This document shows, piece after piece, positions 46,768-55,572 of a stretch of DNA of 64,000 nucleotides. The first letter of the stretch is position 1; each line of letters starts with the position of its first letter. Source of the DNA: an uncultured Actinomycetes bacterium. Its GTDB lineage: Bacteria; Actinomycetota; Thermoleophilia; UBA2241. A program made the translations under genes and the position numbers. The stretch is from assembly GCA_963767005.1 (NCBI GenBank), contig CAVYCN010000004.1:32001-96000 (forward strand), written 5' to 3'. Under the pieces are notes generated by a model that ran no database searches, was not told where the DNA came from, and saw nothing but the letters and a program-made list of their open reading frames with translations.

Positions 46768-48788
46768 GCCGCATCGGCGTCTTCGTCTGCCACTGCGGCG
46801 AGAACATCGCCCGCACGGTCGACTGCGCCGCGGTCGCCGACGCCCTGCGCGAGCACCCCGGCGTGGTGCGCGCCGAGGACTATAAGTACATGTGCTCCGA
46901 CCCGGGCCAGCAGCTCGTGAAGAGGGCGATCGAGGAGGACGGCCTCACCGGTGTCGTGGTCTGCGCCTGCTCGCCGCACATGCACGAGGCGACCTTCCGC
47001 CGCGCGGCCGCCCAGGCCGGCCTCAACCCCTTCGTGGTCGAGATGGCCAACATCCGCGAGCACTGCTCGTGGATCCACGACGACCGCGAGCGCGCCACGG
47101 CCAAGGCGATCGACATCGGCCGCACCCTCGTGGAAAAGGTCAAGCAGGACCGGCCGCTCGATACCATTCGCATCCCCGTCACCAAGCGGGCGCTGGTGAT
47201 CGGCGGCGGCATCGCCGGCATCCAGGCGGCGCTCGACATCGCCGACGGCGGGCACGAGGTCGTGCTGGTCGAGAGGGAGGCCTCGATCGGCGGCCATATG
47301 AGCCAGCTCTCCGAGACCTTCCCCACGCTCGACTGCTCGCAGTGCATCCTCACGCCGCGCATGGTCGAAACCTACCAGCACCCGCGCATCACACTGCACA
47401 CCTGGAGCGAGATCGAGAAGGTCGACGGCTACATCGGCAACTTCAGCGTGACGATCCGCAAGAAGGCGCGCTCGGTCGATGAGGACCTGTGCAACGGCTG
47501 CGGCGACTGCCAGGCGGCCTGCCCGAACCGCAGGATCACGAGCGAGTTCGACGCCGGGCTGGGCAAGCGCACCGCGATCTCCACCCCGTTCCCCCAGGCC
47601 GTCCCCAACATCCCGGTGCTCGACCGCGCCAACTGCACGCTGTTCAAGGGCCGCGCCAAGGGACTCAAAAAGGACGCCTGCGGCAAGTGCAAGGAGGCCT
47701 GCCTGAAGGGCGCGATCGACTACGACTCCGAGGACACGTTCGTGACCGAGGAGGTCGGCGCGATCGTGGTGGCGACCGGTTTCCAGCTCTACGACATCGG
47801 CCGCGAGCAGCCGGCGGGCCTCAAGGGCTACGGCGAGTACGGCTACGGCGAGGTGCCCGACGTGATCGACGGCCTCCAGTTCGAGCGCCTGGCGAGCGCG
47901 TCCGGGCCGACCGGCGGCGAGATCGTGCGGCCCTCCGACGGCGCCGTGCCCAAAACGGTCGTGTTCGTCAAGTGCGTGGGCTCGCGCGACCCCGAGAAGG
48001 GCATGGCCTACTGCTCCAAGATCTGCTGCATGTACACGGCCAAGCACACCATGCTCTACAAGCACAAGGTGCACGACGGGCGCGCCGTGGTCTTCTACAT
48101 GGACATCAGGGCCGCGGGCAAGGGCTACGACGAGTTCAGCCGGCGGGCGATCGAGGAGGACGGCGCCGAGTACGTGCGCGGGCGGGTGAGCCGCATCTTC
48201 CGCGACGGCGACGTGGTGAAGGTCTGGGGCTACGACACCCTGGCCGACCGCCAGGTCGTGATCGACGCCGACATGGTCGTGCTGGCCACCGCCGTGCGAC
48301 CCCAGCCCGGCATCGCCGAGCTCGCCCAGAAGCTGTCGGTGAGCTACGACCAGGACGGCTTTCTGAACGAGGCCCATCCCAAGCTGCGCCCGGTCGAGAC
48401 CAACACCGCCGGCGTCTACCTGGCCGGCGCCTGCCAGGCGCCGCGCGACATCCCCGAGTCGGTCGCCATGGCAGGCGCGACGGCGGCCAAGGTGCTCGGC
48501 CTGTTCAGCGCCGACGAGCTCGAGCGCGACCCGTCGGTGGCCCTGGTGAACGAACGCACCTGCAGCGGCTGCTTTCACTGCGAGCGCGTCTGTCCCTACG
48601 GTGCGATCGAGCATCGCGACGTCTGCGACATGGAGGGCCACGTCTGCGGTCACGTCGCCTGGGTCAACCCCGGCGTCTGCCAGGGCTGCGGCACCTGCGT
48701 GGCAGTGTGCCCCTCGAAGAGCGTTGAGCTGGCCGGCTTCACCGACAGCCAGGTCTATGCCGAGATAAACGCGCTGGCGGGATGGTGA
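46764..48788 (+). CDS. hdrA: Heterodisulfide reductase subunit A
   Basis: IGVFVCHCG, YMCSDPGQ, ACSP, ANIREHCSW, GGGIAG, TFPTLDC, FERL..SGPTGG, CVGSRD, YCSKICCMYTAK. Confidence 0.96.
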   Translation: MSRIGVFVCHCGENIARTVDCAAVADALREHPGVVRAEDYKYMCSDPGQQLVKRAIEEDGLTGVVVCACSPHMHEATFRRAAAQAGLNPFVVEMANIREHCSWIHDDRERATAKAIDIGRTLVEKVKQDRPLDTIRIPVTKRALVIGGGIAGIQAALDIADGGHEVVLVEREASIGGHMSQLSETFPTLDCSQCILTPRMVETYQHPRITLHTWSEIEKVDGYIGNFSVTIRKKARSVDEDLCNGCGDCQAACPNRRITSEFDAGLGKRTAISTPFPQAVPNIPVLDRANCTLFKGRAKGLKKDACGKCKEACLKGAIDYDSEDTFVTEEVGAIVVATGFQLYDIGREQPAGLKGYGEYGYGEVPDVIDGLQFERLASASGPTGGEIVRPSDGAVPKTVVFVKCVGSRDPEKGMAYCSKICCMYTAKHTMLYKHKVHDGRAVVFYMDIRAAGKGYDEFSRRAIEEDGAEYVRGRVSRIFRDGDVVKVWGYDTLADRQVVIDADMVVLATAVRPQPGIAELAQKLSVSYDQDGFLNEAHPKLRPVETNTAGVYLAGACQAPRDIPESVAMAGATAAKVLGLFSADELERDPSVALVNERTCSGCFHCERVCPYGAIEHRDVCDMEGHVCGHVAWVNPGVCQGCGTCVAVCPSKSVELAGFTDSQVYAEINALAGW

Positions 48789-48794
48789 GCGTCG

Positions 48795-49379
48795 ATGCCT
48801 GAGACGACGAGCGACGGCCGCGAGTCGAGGATCTTCGAGCCGCGCATCACCGCCTTCGTGTGCAACTGGTGCACCTATACCGGCGCCGACCTGGCCGGCA
48901 CGAGCCGGCTGCCCATGGCGAGCAACGTGCGCATCATCCGCCTGCCCTGTACCGGCCGCATCGACCACCTCTTCATCGTCAAGGCCTTCGAGCGCGGCGC
49001 CGACGGGGTGATCGTGAGCGGCTGCCACCCGGCCGACTGTCACTACACGGCCGGCAACTACCACGCCCGGCGCCGCTTCGGCGTGTTCCGCGAGCTGCTC
49101 TCGTTCCTGGGTGTCGACCCCCGCCGCCTGACCTTCTCGTGGGTCTCGGCCTCGGAGGGCGGCAAGTGGGCCGCGGTCGTGAACGAGACGGTCGCCCGGG
49201 TGCGCGAGCTGGGGCCGTTCGACGCCTATCACCGGCTCGCCGACGCGCCGCCGCCCGACGGCGACCCGTTCGCCGCGCTCGCGGGCACGGACGGCTCGCT
49301 CGAGGCGGCCGGCGGCGATGGAGCGTTCACAGTCGACGCCGCCGCCCCCGATCCGGCCGGCGAGGGGGGCGCCCGGTGA
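48795..49379 (+). CDS. flxD: FlxD/MvhD [2Fe-2S] subunit
   Basis: FVCNWCTYTGADLAG, LPCTGRI, GADGVIVSGCHPADCHY, WVSASEG. Confidence 0.92.
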   Translation: MPETTSDGRESRIFEPRITAFVCNWCTYTGADLAGTSRLPMASNVRIIRLPCTGRIDHLFIVKAFERGADGVIVSGCHPADCHYTAGNYHARRRFGVFRELLSFLGVDPRRLTFSWVSASEGGKWAAVVNETVARVRELGPFDAYHRLADAPPPDGDPFAALAGTDGSLEAAGGDGAFTVDAAAPDPAGEGGAR

Positions 49380-50254
49380 GCGAGCTGCAGGACACCGCCC
49401 GCCGCCTGCTCGAGGACGGCACGGTACAGGTGGTGATCGGCTGGGAGGCCGGTCGCCGCGGCGTCCGCCCGGCCTTCGTGACCGACGCCGCCGGCTGTGA
49501 CCGGCTCGTCTTCGACGCGCGCTGCGTGCACGACCTTGCCGTCTTTGTGAACCCGCGGCGCTCTCAGGTCGCCGCCCTCGGCAGGGCCGCCCTCGTGGTC
49601 AAGGGCTGCGACGCCAAGGCGGTGGCCGGGCTGCTGCGCGAGGCGCAGCTCACCCGCGACCAGGTCGTGCTCATCGGCGTGCGCTGCGGCGGCGTCGCGA
49701 CCGGCCCCGAGGGGTCCGAACCGCCGGCGCTCACCGCCGACACCGTCGCCGCGCGCTGTCACGGCTGCGACGTGCGCGAGCCGGCCGGCGTCGACGTGCT
49801 CGTCGGCGAGCCGCAGAAGGAGCTTCCCGTCGAGCCCACGCTCGACGAGCGCGTGGCGGCGCTCGACGCCCTGAGCCCCGCCGAGCGCCTCGCCTTCTGG
49901 ACCGCTGAGCTCGCGCGCTGCACGCAGTGCTACGCCTGCCGCCAGGCCTGCCCGCTGTGCTACTGCGAACGCTGCGTCGTCGAGAAGAGCGAGCCGCAGT
50001 GGATCGAGACCTCGCCGCACGCGCGCGGCAACTTCGCCTGGCATCTCACGCGCGCCCAGCACCTGGCCGGTCGCTGCGTGGGCTGCGGCGAGTGCGAACG
50101 GGCCTGCCCGGTCGGCATCCCCCTCGGCCTGATCAACCGCAAGCTGCAGCAGGTCGTCTACGAGCTCTACGGCTACACGGTGAGCGACGACCCGGCGGTG
50201 CCGGCGCCGATCGGCGCCTACGCCGTCGACGACACTCAGGACTTCATCCGATGA
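49376..50254 (+). CDS. flxC: FlxC Fe-S subunit
   Basis: KGCD, CHGC, RCTQCYACRQACPLCYC..C, HLAGRCVGCGECERACP. Confidence 0.88.
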   Translation: MSELQDTARRLLEDGTVQVVIGWEAGRRGVRPAFVTDAAGCDRLVFDARCVHDLAVFVNPRRSQVAALGRAALVVKGCDAKAVAGLLREAQLTRDQVVLIGVRCGGVATGPEGSEPPALTADTVAARCHGCDVREPAGVDVLVGEPQKELPVEPTLDERVAALDALSPAERLAFWTAELARCTQCYACRQACPLCYCERCVVEKSEPQWIETSPHARGNFAWHLTRAQHLAGRCVGCGECERACPVGIPLGLINRKLQQVVYELYGYTVSDDPAVPAPIGAYAVDDTQDFIR

Positions 50255-50313
50255 ACGACTTCATCGTCATCGCCCACGCCGGCGCGACGTTTGTTGCGCG
50301 CCTGGTCCGATGA
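50251..50313 (+). CDS. Putative 20-aa intra-operon peptide MNDFIVIAHAGATFVARLVR
   Basis: ATGA overlap with the flxC stop and ATGA overlap with the flxB start. Confidence 0.45.
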   Translation: MNDFIVIAHAGATFVARLVR

Positions 50314-51488
50314 GCGAGCGGGCGACAGACGGCGGCCACGGTCCGGCGACGGTCGGCGACTCCGCCGCGGGCGCGGTGCCGCGCCGGGTCCTGCTGCTGA
50401 CCGACGACGCCGTCGCGGCGCTCGTCGAGGAGCTCGCCACCGCCGGCGCGCCGGCGGTGGCGCCGGCGTGGGCCGGCGGAGCCGGCCGCGCCGCCGACGC
50501 CCCCGGCGCGCCGCGCGAGACCGAGTACCGGCCGGTGACGGGCGCGGCCGAGCTCGCCTTCGGCGAGCGGCTGCCGCGCCTCTCCCTCAAGCAGCTCTTC
50601 CTGCCGCCGACCGAGGTGCTCTTCTCGTGGCGGCGCGGCGCCGGCGACGTCGAGCTCACCCCGGCGCCCACCGACGTGCCCGCGCGAGTCGTGCTCGGTG
50701 CGCGGCCCTGCGACGTCGCCGCCCTGCCGATCGTCGACCGCGTGATGAACTGGGACTACGCCGACGAGCTCTGGAACGCGCGGCGCGCGGCGACCACCGT
50801 CTTCAGCCTGGCCTGCGGCGTCGAGGACGGATCGTGCTTCTGCTCCGCCGTGTTCCTCGAGCCAGCGACGACCAGGGGCTCCGACGGACGGCTGACGCCG
50901 GTCGACGGCGGCTACCTGGTCGAGACGTTCAGCGACAAGGGCGACGCGTTCGTCGCGGCTCACGCCGACCGGTTCACCGATTCGCCCGCCGGCGCGGCGG
51001 GCGACGAGCTGCGCGGCCAGGCCGGCGCCTTCCGGGCCGCGGCTCGCGAGCGCGTCGCGGCCAATCTGCGCCTCGACCACGACCGCGTGCGCGACTGGCT
51101 CGAGCACCACTTCGACGACCCCTTCTGGGCCAGCCTCGGGCCGCGCTGCAACGGCTGTGGCGTGTGCTCGTCGGTCTGCCCCACGTGCCACTGCTTCGAC
51201 ATCGTCGACGAGCCCGAGAGCGTGGGCCGCGGCGTGCGGCGGCGCAACTGGGACACCTGCCAGACCTGCGTGTTCACGCTGCATGCCTCGGGCCACAACC
51301 CGCGCGCCGACCAGAACGCCCGCTACCGCCAGCGCGTCGAGCACAAGTTCCTCGTCTACCCGGCCCGCTTCGGCGACGTGCTCTGCACCGGCTGCGGCCG
51401 CTGCTCGCGCGCCTGCCCGACCGGGCAGGACCTGACCGAGATCCTGGCGGCGATCGGCGACCGCGCCGGCAGCGGAGCGCCGTCGTGA
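50310..51488 (+). CDS. flxB: FlxB Fe-S subunit (AsrA/HydB-like)
   Basis: GARPCD, CFC, RCNGCGVCSSVCPTCHCF, RNWDTC, RYRQRVEHK, CTGCGRCSRACP. Confidence 0.9.
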   Translation: MSERATDGGHGPATVGDSAAGAVPRRVLLLTDDAVAALVEELATAGAPAVAPAWAGGAGRAADAPGAPRETEYRPVTGAAELAFGERLPRLSLKQLFLPPTEVLFSWRRGAGDVELTPAPTDVPARVVLGARPCDVAALPIVDRVMNWDYADELWNARRAATTVFSLACGVEDGSCFCSAVFLEPATTRGSDGRLTPVDGGYLVETFSDKGDAFVAAHADRFTDSPAGAAGDELRGQAGAFRAAARERVAANLRLDHDRVRDWLEHHFDDPFWASLGPRCNGCGVCSSVCPTCHCFDIVDEPESVGRGVRRRNWDTCQTCVFTLHASGHNPRADQNARYRQRVEHKFLVYPARFGDVLCTGCGRCSRACPTGQDLTEILAAIGDRAGSGAPS

Positions 51489-52333
51489 GCGGCGGGCCGG
51501 CGAGCAACCTCTATCAGCCCGACCTCGTCGTGGTCGAGGCGATCACCGACGAGACGCCCGACACGCGCACCTACCGCCTGCGCTTCCGCGACCCCGAGCG
51601 CGCCGCGGCCTTCACGTTCCGCGCCGGGCAGTTCGGCGAGTACTCGGTGTTCGGCGCCGGCGAGTCGACCTTCTGCATCGCGAGCCCGCCGACGCGCACG
51701 GGCTACCTGGAGTGCACCGTCAAGGCCGCCGGCAAGGTCACCGGCAGCCTGCGCCAGGTCGACGTCGGCGACCTGCTCGGCTTTCGCGGCCCCTACGGCA
51801 ACGCCTTCCCGATCGAAGAGTGGGAGGGCCGCGACCTCGTCTTCATCGCCGGCGGCATCGGCCTCGCGCCCGTGCGCTGCGTCATCTGGAACGTGCTCGA
51901 CCGGCGCGAGCGCTACGGCGACGTGACGATCGTCTACGGCGCCCGCAGCGTGGCCGACCTCGTCTACAAGCACGAGCTCGAGGAGTGGGCCGCGCGCGAC
52001 GACGTGCGCCTGGTCACGACCGTCGACCCCGGCGGCGAGACGCCGGAGTGGCACGGCGAGGTGGGCTACGTGACGCCGGTGGTCGAGCGCACCGCGCCGC
52101 GCGCCGCGGGCGCCGTCGCGGTGCTCTGTGGGCCGCCGATCGTAGTCAAGCTGACGCTGCCGGTGCTCGCGCAGCTCGGCTTCGCCGACGAGGCCGTGTA
52201 CACGACCCTCGAGAACCGCATGAAGTGCGGCGTCGGCAAATGCGGGCGCTGCAACATCGGCTCCGTCTACGTCTGCAAGGACGGCCCCGTGTTCACCGCG
52301 TCCCAGCTCAAGGCGCTGCCTCAAGATTATTAG
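51485..52333 (+). CDS. flxA: FlxA FAD/NAD-binding [2Fe-2S] subunit (AsrB/PyrK-like)
   Basis: AGQF, RGPYGN, IAGGIGLAP, YGAR, CGPP, ENRMKCGVGKCGRCN..VCKDGPVF. Confidence 0.92.
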   Translation: MSGGPASNLYQPDLVVVEAITDETPDTRTYRLRFRDPERAAAFTFRAGQFGEYSVFGAGESTFCIASPPTRTGYLECTVKAAGKVTGSLRQVDVGDLLGFRGPYGNAFPIEEWEGRDLVFIAGGIGLAPVRCVIWNVLDRRERYGDVTIVYGARSVADLVYKHELEEWAARDDVRLVTTVDPGGETPEWHGEVGYVTPVVERTAPRAAGAVAVLCGPPIVVKLTLPVLAQLGFADEAVYTTLENRMKCGVGKCGRCNIGSVYVCKDGPVFTASQLKALPQDY

Positions 52334-52453
52334 GCGCGACGAAGTGACGCGCGCCTGAGCGCCGGCGACGCAGTCGATCCGGCGGACCAGGCGCGCGACG
52401 CCGACCGCCGCCTTCACGTCCGGTGTGGCCGCCCCCCGGTCCCGGACGTGAGA

Positions 52454-52487
52454 CGGGCGGGGCGGGCCGAACGGCCCGCCCCGCCCG
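52454..52487. terminator. 16-bp-arm hairpin between flxA and convergent tRNA-Asp
   Basis: cgggcggggcgggccg-aa-cggcccgccccgcccg. Confidence 0.75.
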
Positions 52488-52513
52488 GCAAGCAAGCGGC
52501 GCTGTGAAGGTGC

Positions 52514-52590
52514 TGGCGGGAGCGACGAGACTCGAACTCGCGACCTCCGGCGTGACAGGCCGGCGTTCTAACCAGCTGAACTACGCCCCC
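52514..52590 (-). tRNA. tRNA-Asp(GTC)
   Basis: GGGGGCGTAGTTCAGCTGGTTAGAACGCCGGCCTGTCACGCCGGAGGTCGCGAGTTCGAGTCTCGTCGCTCCCGCCA; 77 nt, encoded CCA; extended -10 TGCTACAAT at 52658-52650. Confidence 0.97.
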
Positions 52591-52775
52591 GCGCAAGCAG
52601 CGACGACCGGCGCCCCAGGGCGCACCGGTCGGCAGTGCAGCGACGACGGATTGTAGCAGATGCGGACGGGGCGACAAAACTCCGCGGCGTTGCGCCGGCC
52701 GCCGTCGCGGCCCCGGGCCCGGCGAACCCGCCGCCGTCGCACCCGCGGCGCGCGGCGCGGTACGATGGCTCGACC

Positions 52776-53582
52776 GTGAACGGACACGAACAGCCCGACA
52801 TCGAGTACGACGCCTACGGCTCGGACGAGCTCGCCGAGATCTACGACGCCGTGTACGCCGATCGTGACGACGCCGGCTTCTGGACGGCGCTCGCCCCCGC
52901 CGAGGGCGGCACGCTCGAGCTGGCCTGCGGCACTGGGCGCGTCCTGCTGCCTCTGGCGCGCGCCGGCCACGAGGTGGTCGGCCTCGACCTCTCGCCCGCC
53001 ATGCTCGCCCGCTGCCGGACCAGGCTCGCCGCCGAGCCGGCCGCGGTGCGCGAGCGCGTGCGCCTCGTCCAGGCCGACATGACCGCCTTCGACGTGGGCC
53101 GGCGCTTCGCCCTGGTCACGAGCCCTTTCCGCGGCTTCCAGCATCTCACCGCCGTCACCGACCAGCTCGCCTGCCTGGGACGCTGCCACGCCCACCTCGT
53201 CGCCGGCGGTCGCCTCGTGCTGGACCTGTTCAATCCGGACCCGGCCCTCCTGTATCCGGGCGGTGGGAGCGACGGCGAGGAGACGGCCGAGACGGTGGCC
53301 TGGACCGCCGGCCGCACCATCCGCTGGTGGGGCCACGTGACCGGCTACCATCGCGCCCGCCAGGTCAACCAGTGCGAGATGGTCTACGAGATCACGGAGT
53401 CCGGCGGCGCCACCCGCCGGGTGAGCGAGCGCTTCCCCATGCGGTACCTGTTCCGCCACGAGCTCGAGCACCTGCTGGCCCGCGCCGGCTTTGCGATCGA
53501 CGCCCTCTACGGCGACTACGACCGCTCGCCCTACGACGACGACTCGCCCGAGCTCATCGTCGTGGCCCGGCCGATCGCCTGA
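52776..53582 (+). CDS. Class I SAM-dependent methyltransferase
   Basis: LELACGTGR, GLDLSPAML, VQADM, HLVAGGRLVLD, LYGDYDRSPY. Confidence 0.9.
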   Translation: MNGHEQPDIEYDAYGSDELAEIYDAVYADRDDAGFWTALAPAEGGTLELACGTGRVLLPLARAGHEVVGLDLSPAMLARCRTRLAAEPAAVRERVRLVQADMTAFDVGRRFALVTSPFRGFQHLTAVTDQLACLGRCHAHLVAGGRLVLDLFNPDPALLYPGGGSDGEETAETVAWTAGRTIRWWGHVTGYHRARQVNQCEMVYEITESGGATRRVSERFPMRYLFRHELEHLLARAGFAIDALYGDYDRSPYDDDSPELIVVARPIA

Positions 53583-53751
53583 CCGGCCGCCGCGCCGGCG
53601 CAGCAGCGCACGAGCCGGCGTACCACCGCCCCGCCCCACGTGCGCCGCCGCAACGCCGCGCGCCGCCGCCCCACCGGGAACCATGCCGCCACGGACCGCG
53701 GCGCCGGCACGGCGCGACGCCGCCCGCGAGACCGACGACCAAGGAGGACGA

Positions 53752-54510
53752 ATGAGCGGACGCCTCGCCGGCAAGGTGACGATCGTGACCGGCGCCGGCT
53801 CGGGCATCGGCAGGGCGACGGCGATCCGCTTCGCCGAAGAGGGCGCCCTGGTGACCTGCGTCGACATCGTGTCCGAGACGGTGGCGACGACGGCGGCCGA
53901 GATCGGCGATGCGGCCGTCGCCGTGACCGCCGACATCGCCGACCCCGAGCAGGTGCGCGCCTACACCGACGACACGGTGGCGCGTTGGGGCGGCGTGCAC
54001 GCGGTCTTCAACAACGCCGGCGTCAACCTGCCCGGCGTTTTCCACGAGGTGCCCGACGAAGTCATCGACCGTACGCTGAACGTCAACGTCAAGGGCACGA
54101 TGTACGGCTGCCGCTACGCCATCCCCCACATGCTCCGGGCCGGCGGCGGCTCGCTGATCAACACGAGCTCGGTGAACGGCATCGTCGCCGAGCCGTTCCT
54201 CACCGTCTACGCCGCCTCGAAGGGCGCGATCGTCATGCTTTCCAAGGGTATCGCGCTCGACTACGCCAAGCGCGGCATCCGCTGCAACGCGATCGCGCCG
54301 GGCTGGGTGGACACCCCGGTCAACTACGCCCACGCCGAAATGCTCGGCGGCCTCGAGCACGTCTACGCGACGATCGACTCGTTCCAGCCGATCGGCCGGC
54401 CGGGCGAGCCCCGCGAGATCGCCAACGTGGCCCTGTTCCTGGCCTCCGACGAATCGTCCTTCGTCACCGGGGCGCTGATCGTGGCCGACGGCGCGATGAC
54501 CGCGCAGTAG
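53752..54510 (+). CDS. Short-chain dehydrogenase/reductase
   Basis: TGAGSGIG, NNAG, YAASKG, IRCNAIAPG; AAGGAGG RBS. Confidence 0.94.
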   Translation: MSGRLAGKVTIVTGAGSGIGRATAIRFAEEGALVTCVDIVSETVATTAAEIGDAAVAVTADIADPEQVRAYTDDTVARWGGVHAVFNNAGVNLPGVFHEVPDEVIDRTLNVNVKGTMYGCRYAIPHMLRAGGGSLINTSSVNGIVAEPFLTVYAASKGAIVMLSKGIALDYAKRGIRCNAIAPGWVDTPVNYAHAEMLGGLEHVYATIDSFQPIGRPGEPREIANVALFLASDESSFVTGALIVADGAMTAQ

Positions 54511-54577
54511 ACGACGCAGCGCTCGCCGCGTCCGGCGATCCGTGCCGCCCGCTCGGCCGCGCGCTCGAGCCCTGCCG

Positions 54578-54940
54578 CTAGCCGGCGCGCGTGCCGTTCG
54601 GCAGCGGCCGCTCCGGCACGGCCAGCGCCGGCGCGATGCCGTCGGCGTAGCCGAGGTCGAGGAACATCGCCTCGGACAGCACGCCGGCCATCTCGCGCGG
54701 CTCCAGGTTGACGACGAAGAGCGTCTGCACGCCGACGAGCGCGCCCGGGTCGGCGCGCTCTTTCTTCATGCCGGCGAGGACGGTGCGCCGCCGGTCGCCG
54801 AAGTCGACGACGAACCGCACGAGCTTGCTCGAGCCGTCGACGTCGTGGACGCTCTCGATCGTCCCCACACGGATGTCGAGCGCCTCGAGCTGGGCGAGCG
54901 GCACGAACGGCTTGATCGGGGCAGGTTTCATGCTCCTCAC
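54578..54940 (-). CDS. csaA: CsaA/Trbp111-like tRNA-binding OB-fold protein
   Basis: LDIRVGTI, VDFGD, VVNLEPREMAGVLSE, PNGTR; start 54940 or 54931. Confidence 0.85.
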   Translation of the reverse strand: MRSMKPAPIKPFVPLAQLEALDIRVGTIESVHDVDGSSKLVRFVVDFGDRRRTVLAGMKKERADPGALVGVQTLFVVNLEPREMAGVLSEAMFLDLGYADGIAPALAVPERPLPNGTRAG

Positions 54941-55536
54941 CTCCGCCCAGACCAGCCGTGGAGCAGGGTGGTCACCACCGCGGCTTCGCCATCGGCGGCC
55001 TGCAGGCGCCCGTTGGCCACTTCGTGCAGGACCATCACCATCGCGCCGCCGAACACGGCGCTCAGGGCAGTCGAGGACAGCTCCCGCGGGAACTCTCGCG
55101 AAAGCCTGCCCCGCTCGAAGAGCGTGAGGATGGGCTGCTGGAAGCGCCGCTCGATGTCGCGGCGCTGGTCCCGAGCGGGCTGCAGGGTCTCCTGGACGAG
55201 CAGGAACCGGTAGCGGTCGCTCATCTCGAACAGCGCCGCGATGAGCCGGGTCAGGGCCTCGCTCGCACCGCCTTCGTCGAGCCGGCTCGCGGCGATCGCG
55301 CGCTCCACGTCGTCGAGCGCCCGCGCCAGGATCGCCTCGATCAGCACCTCCCGCGTGGGGAAGTGACGGTACAGTGTGGCGCGGCCGATCCGCGACTCGG
55401 CAGCGATCTCGGCCATCCCCGCAGCCGGATCGAGCGACAGCAGTCGGGCGGCGTGATCGAGCACCGCCTGGCGGTTACGCTCTGCGTCGGCCCGCCGGCC
55501 GTAGGGACGTTCGGCGGGCTCGGCTTCGTGCGTCAT
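54937..55536 (-). CDS. TetR/AcrR-family regulator
   Basis: RADAERNRQAVLDHA...EIAAESRIGRATLYRHFPTRE helix-turn-helix. Confidence 0.92.
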   Translation of the reverse strand: MTHEAEPAERPYGRRADAERNRQAVLDHAARLLSLDPAAGMAEIAAESRIGRATLYRHFPTREVLIEAILARALDDVERAIAASRLDEGGASEALTRLIAALFEMSDRYRFLLVQETLQPARDQRRDIERRFQQPILTLFERGRLSREFPRELSSTALSAVFGGAMVMVLHEVANGRLQAADGEAAVVTTLLHGWSGRR

Positions 55537-55572
55537 GGGCAGGACTCCGACAACGATGCCTTCACTCGAACT

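Noticed and set aside
1-52333. Possible selenocysteine (UGA) recoding in MvhD/HdrA
   Set aside because: The relevant positions seen are Cys codons in uninterrupted frames; the TGA stops coincide with normal protein ends or overlaps.
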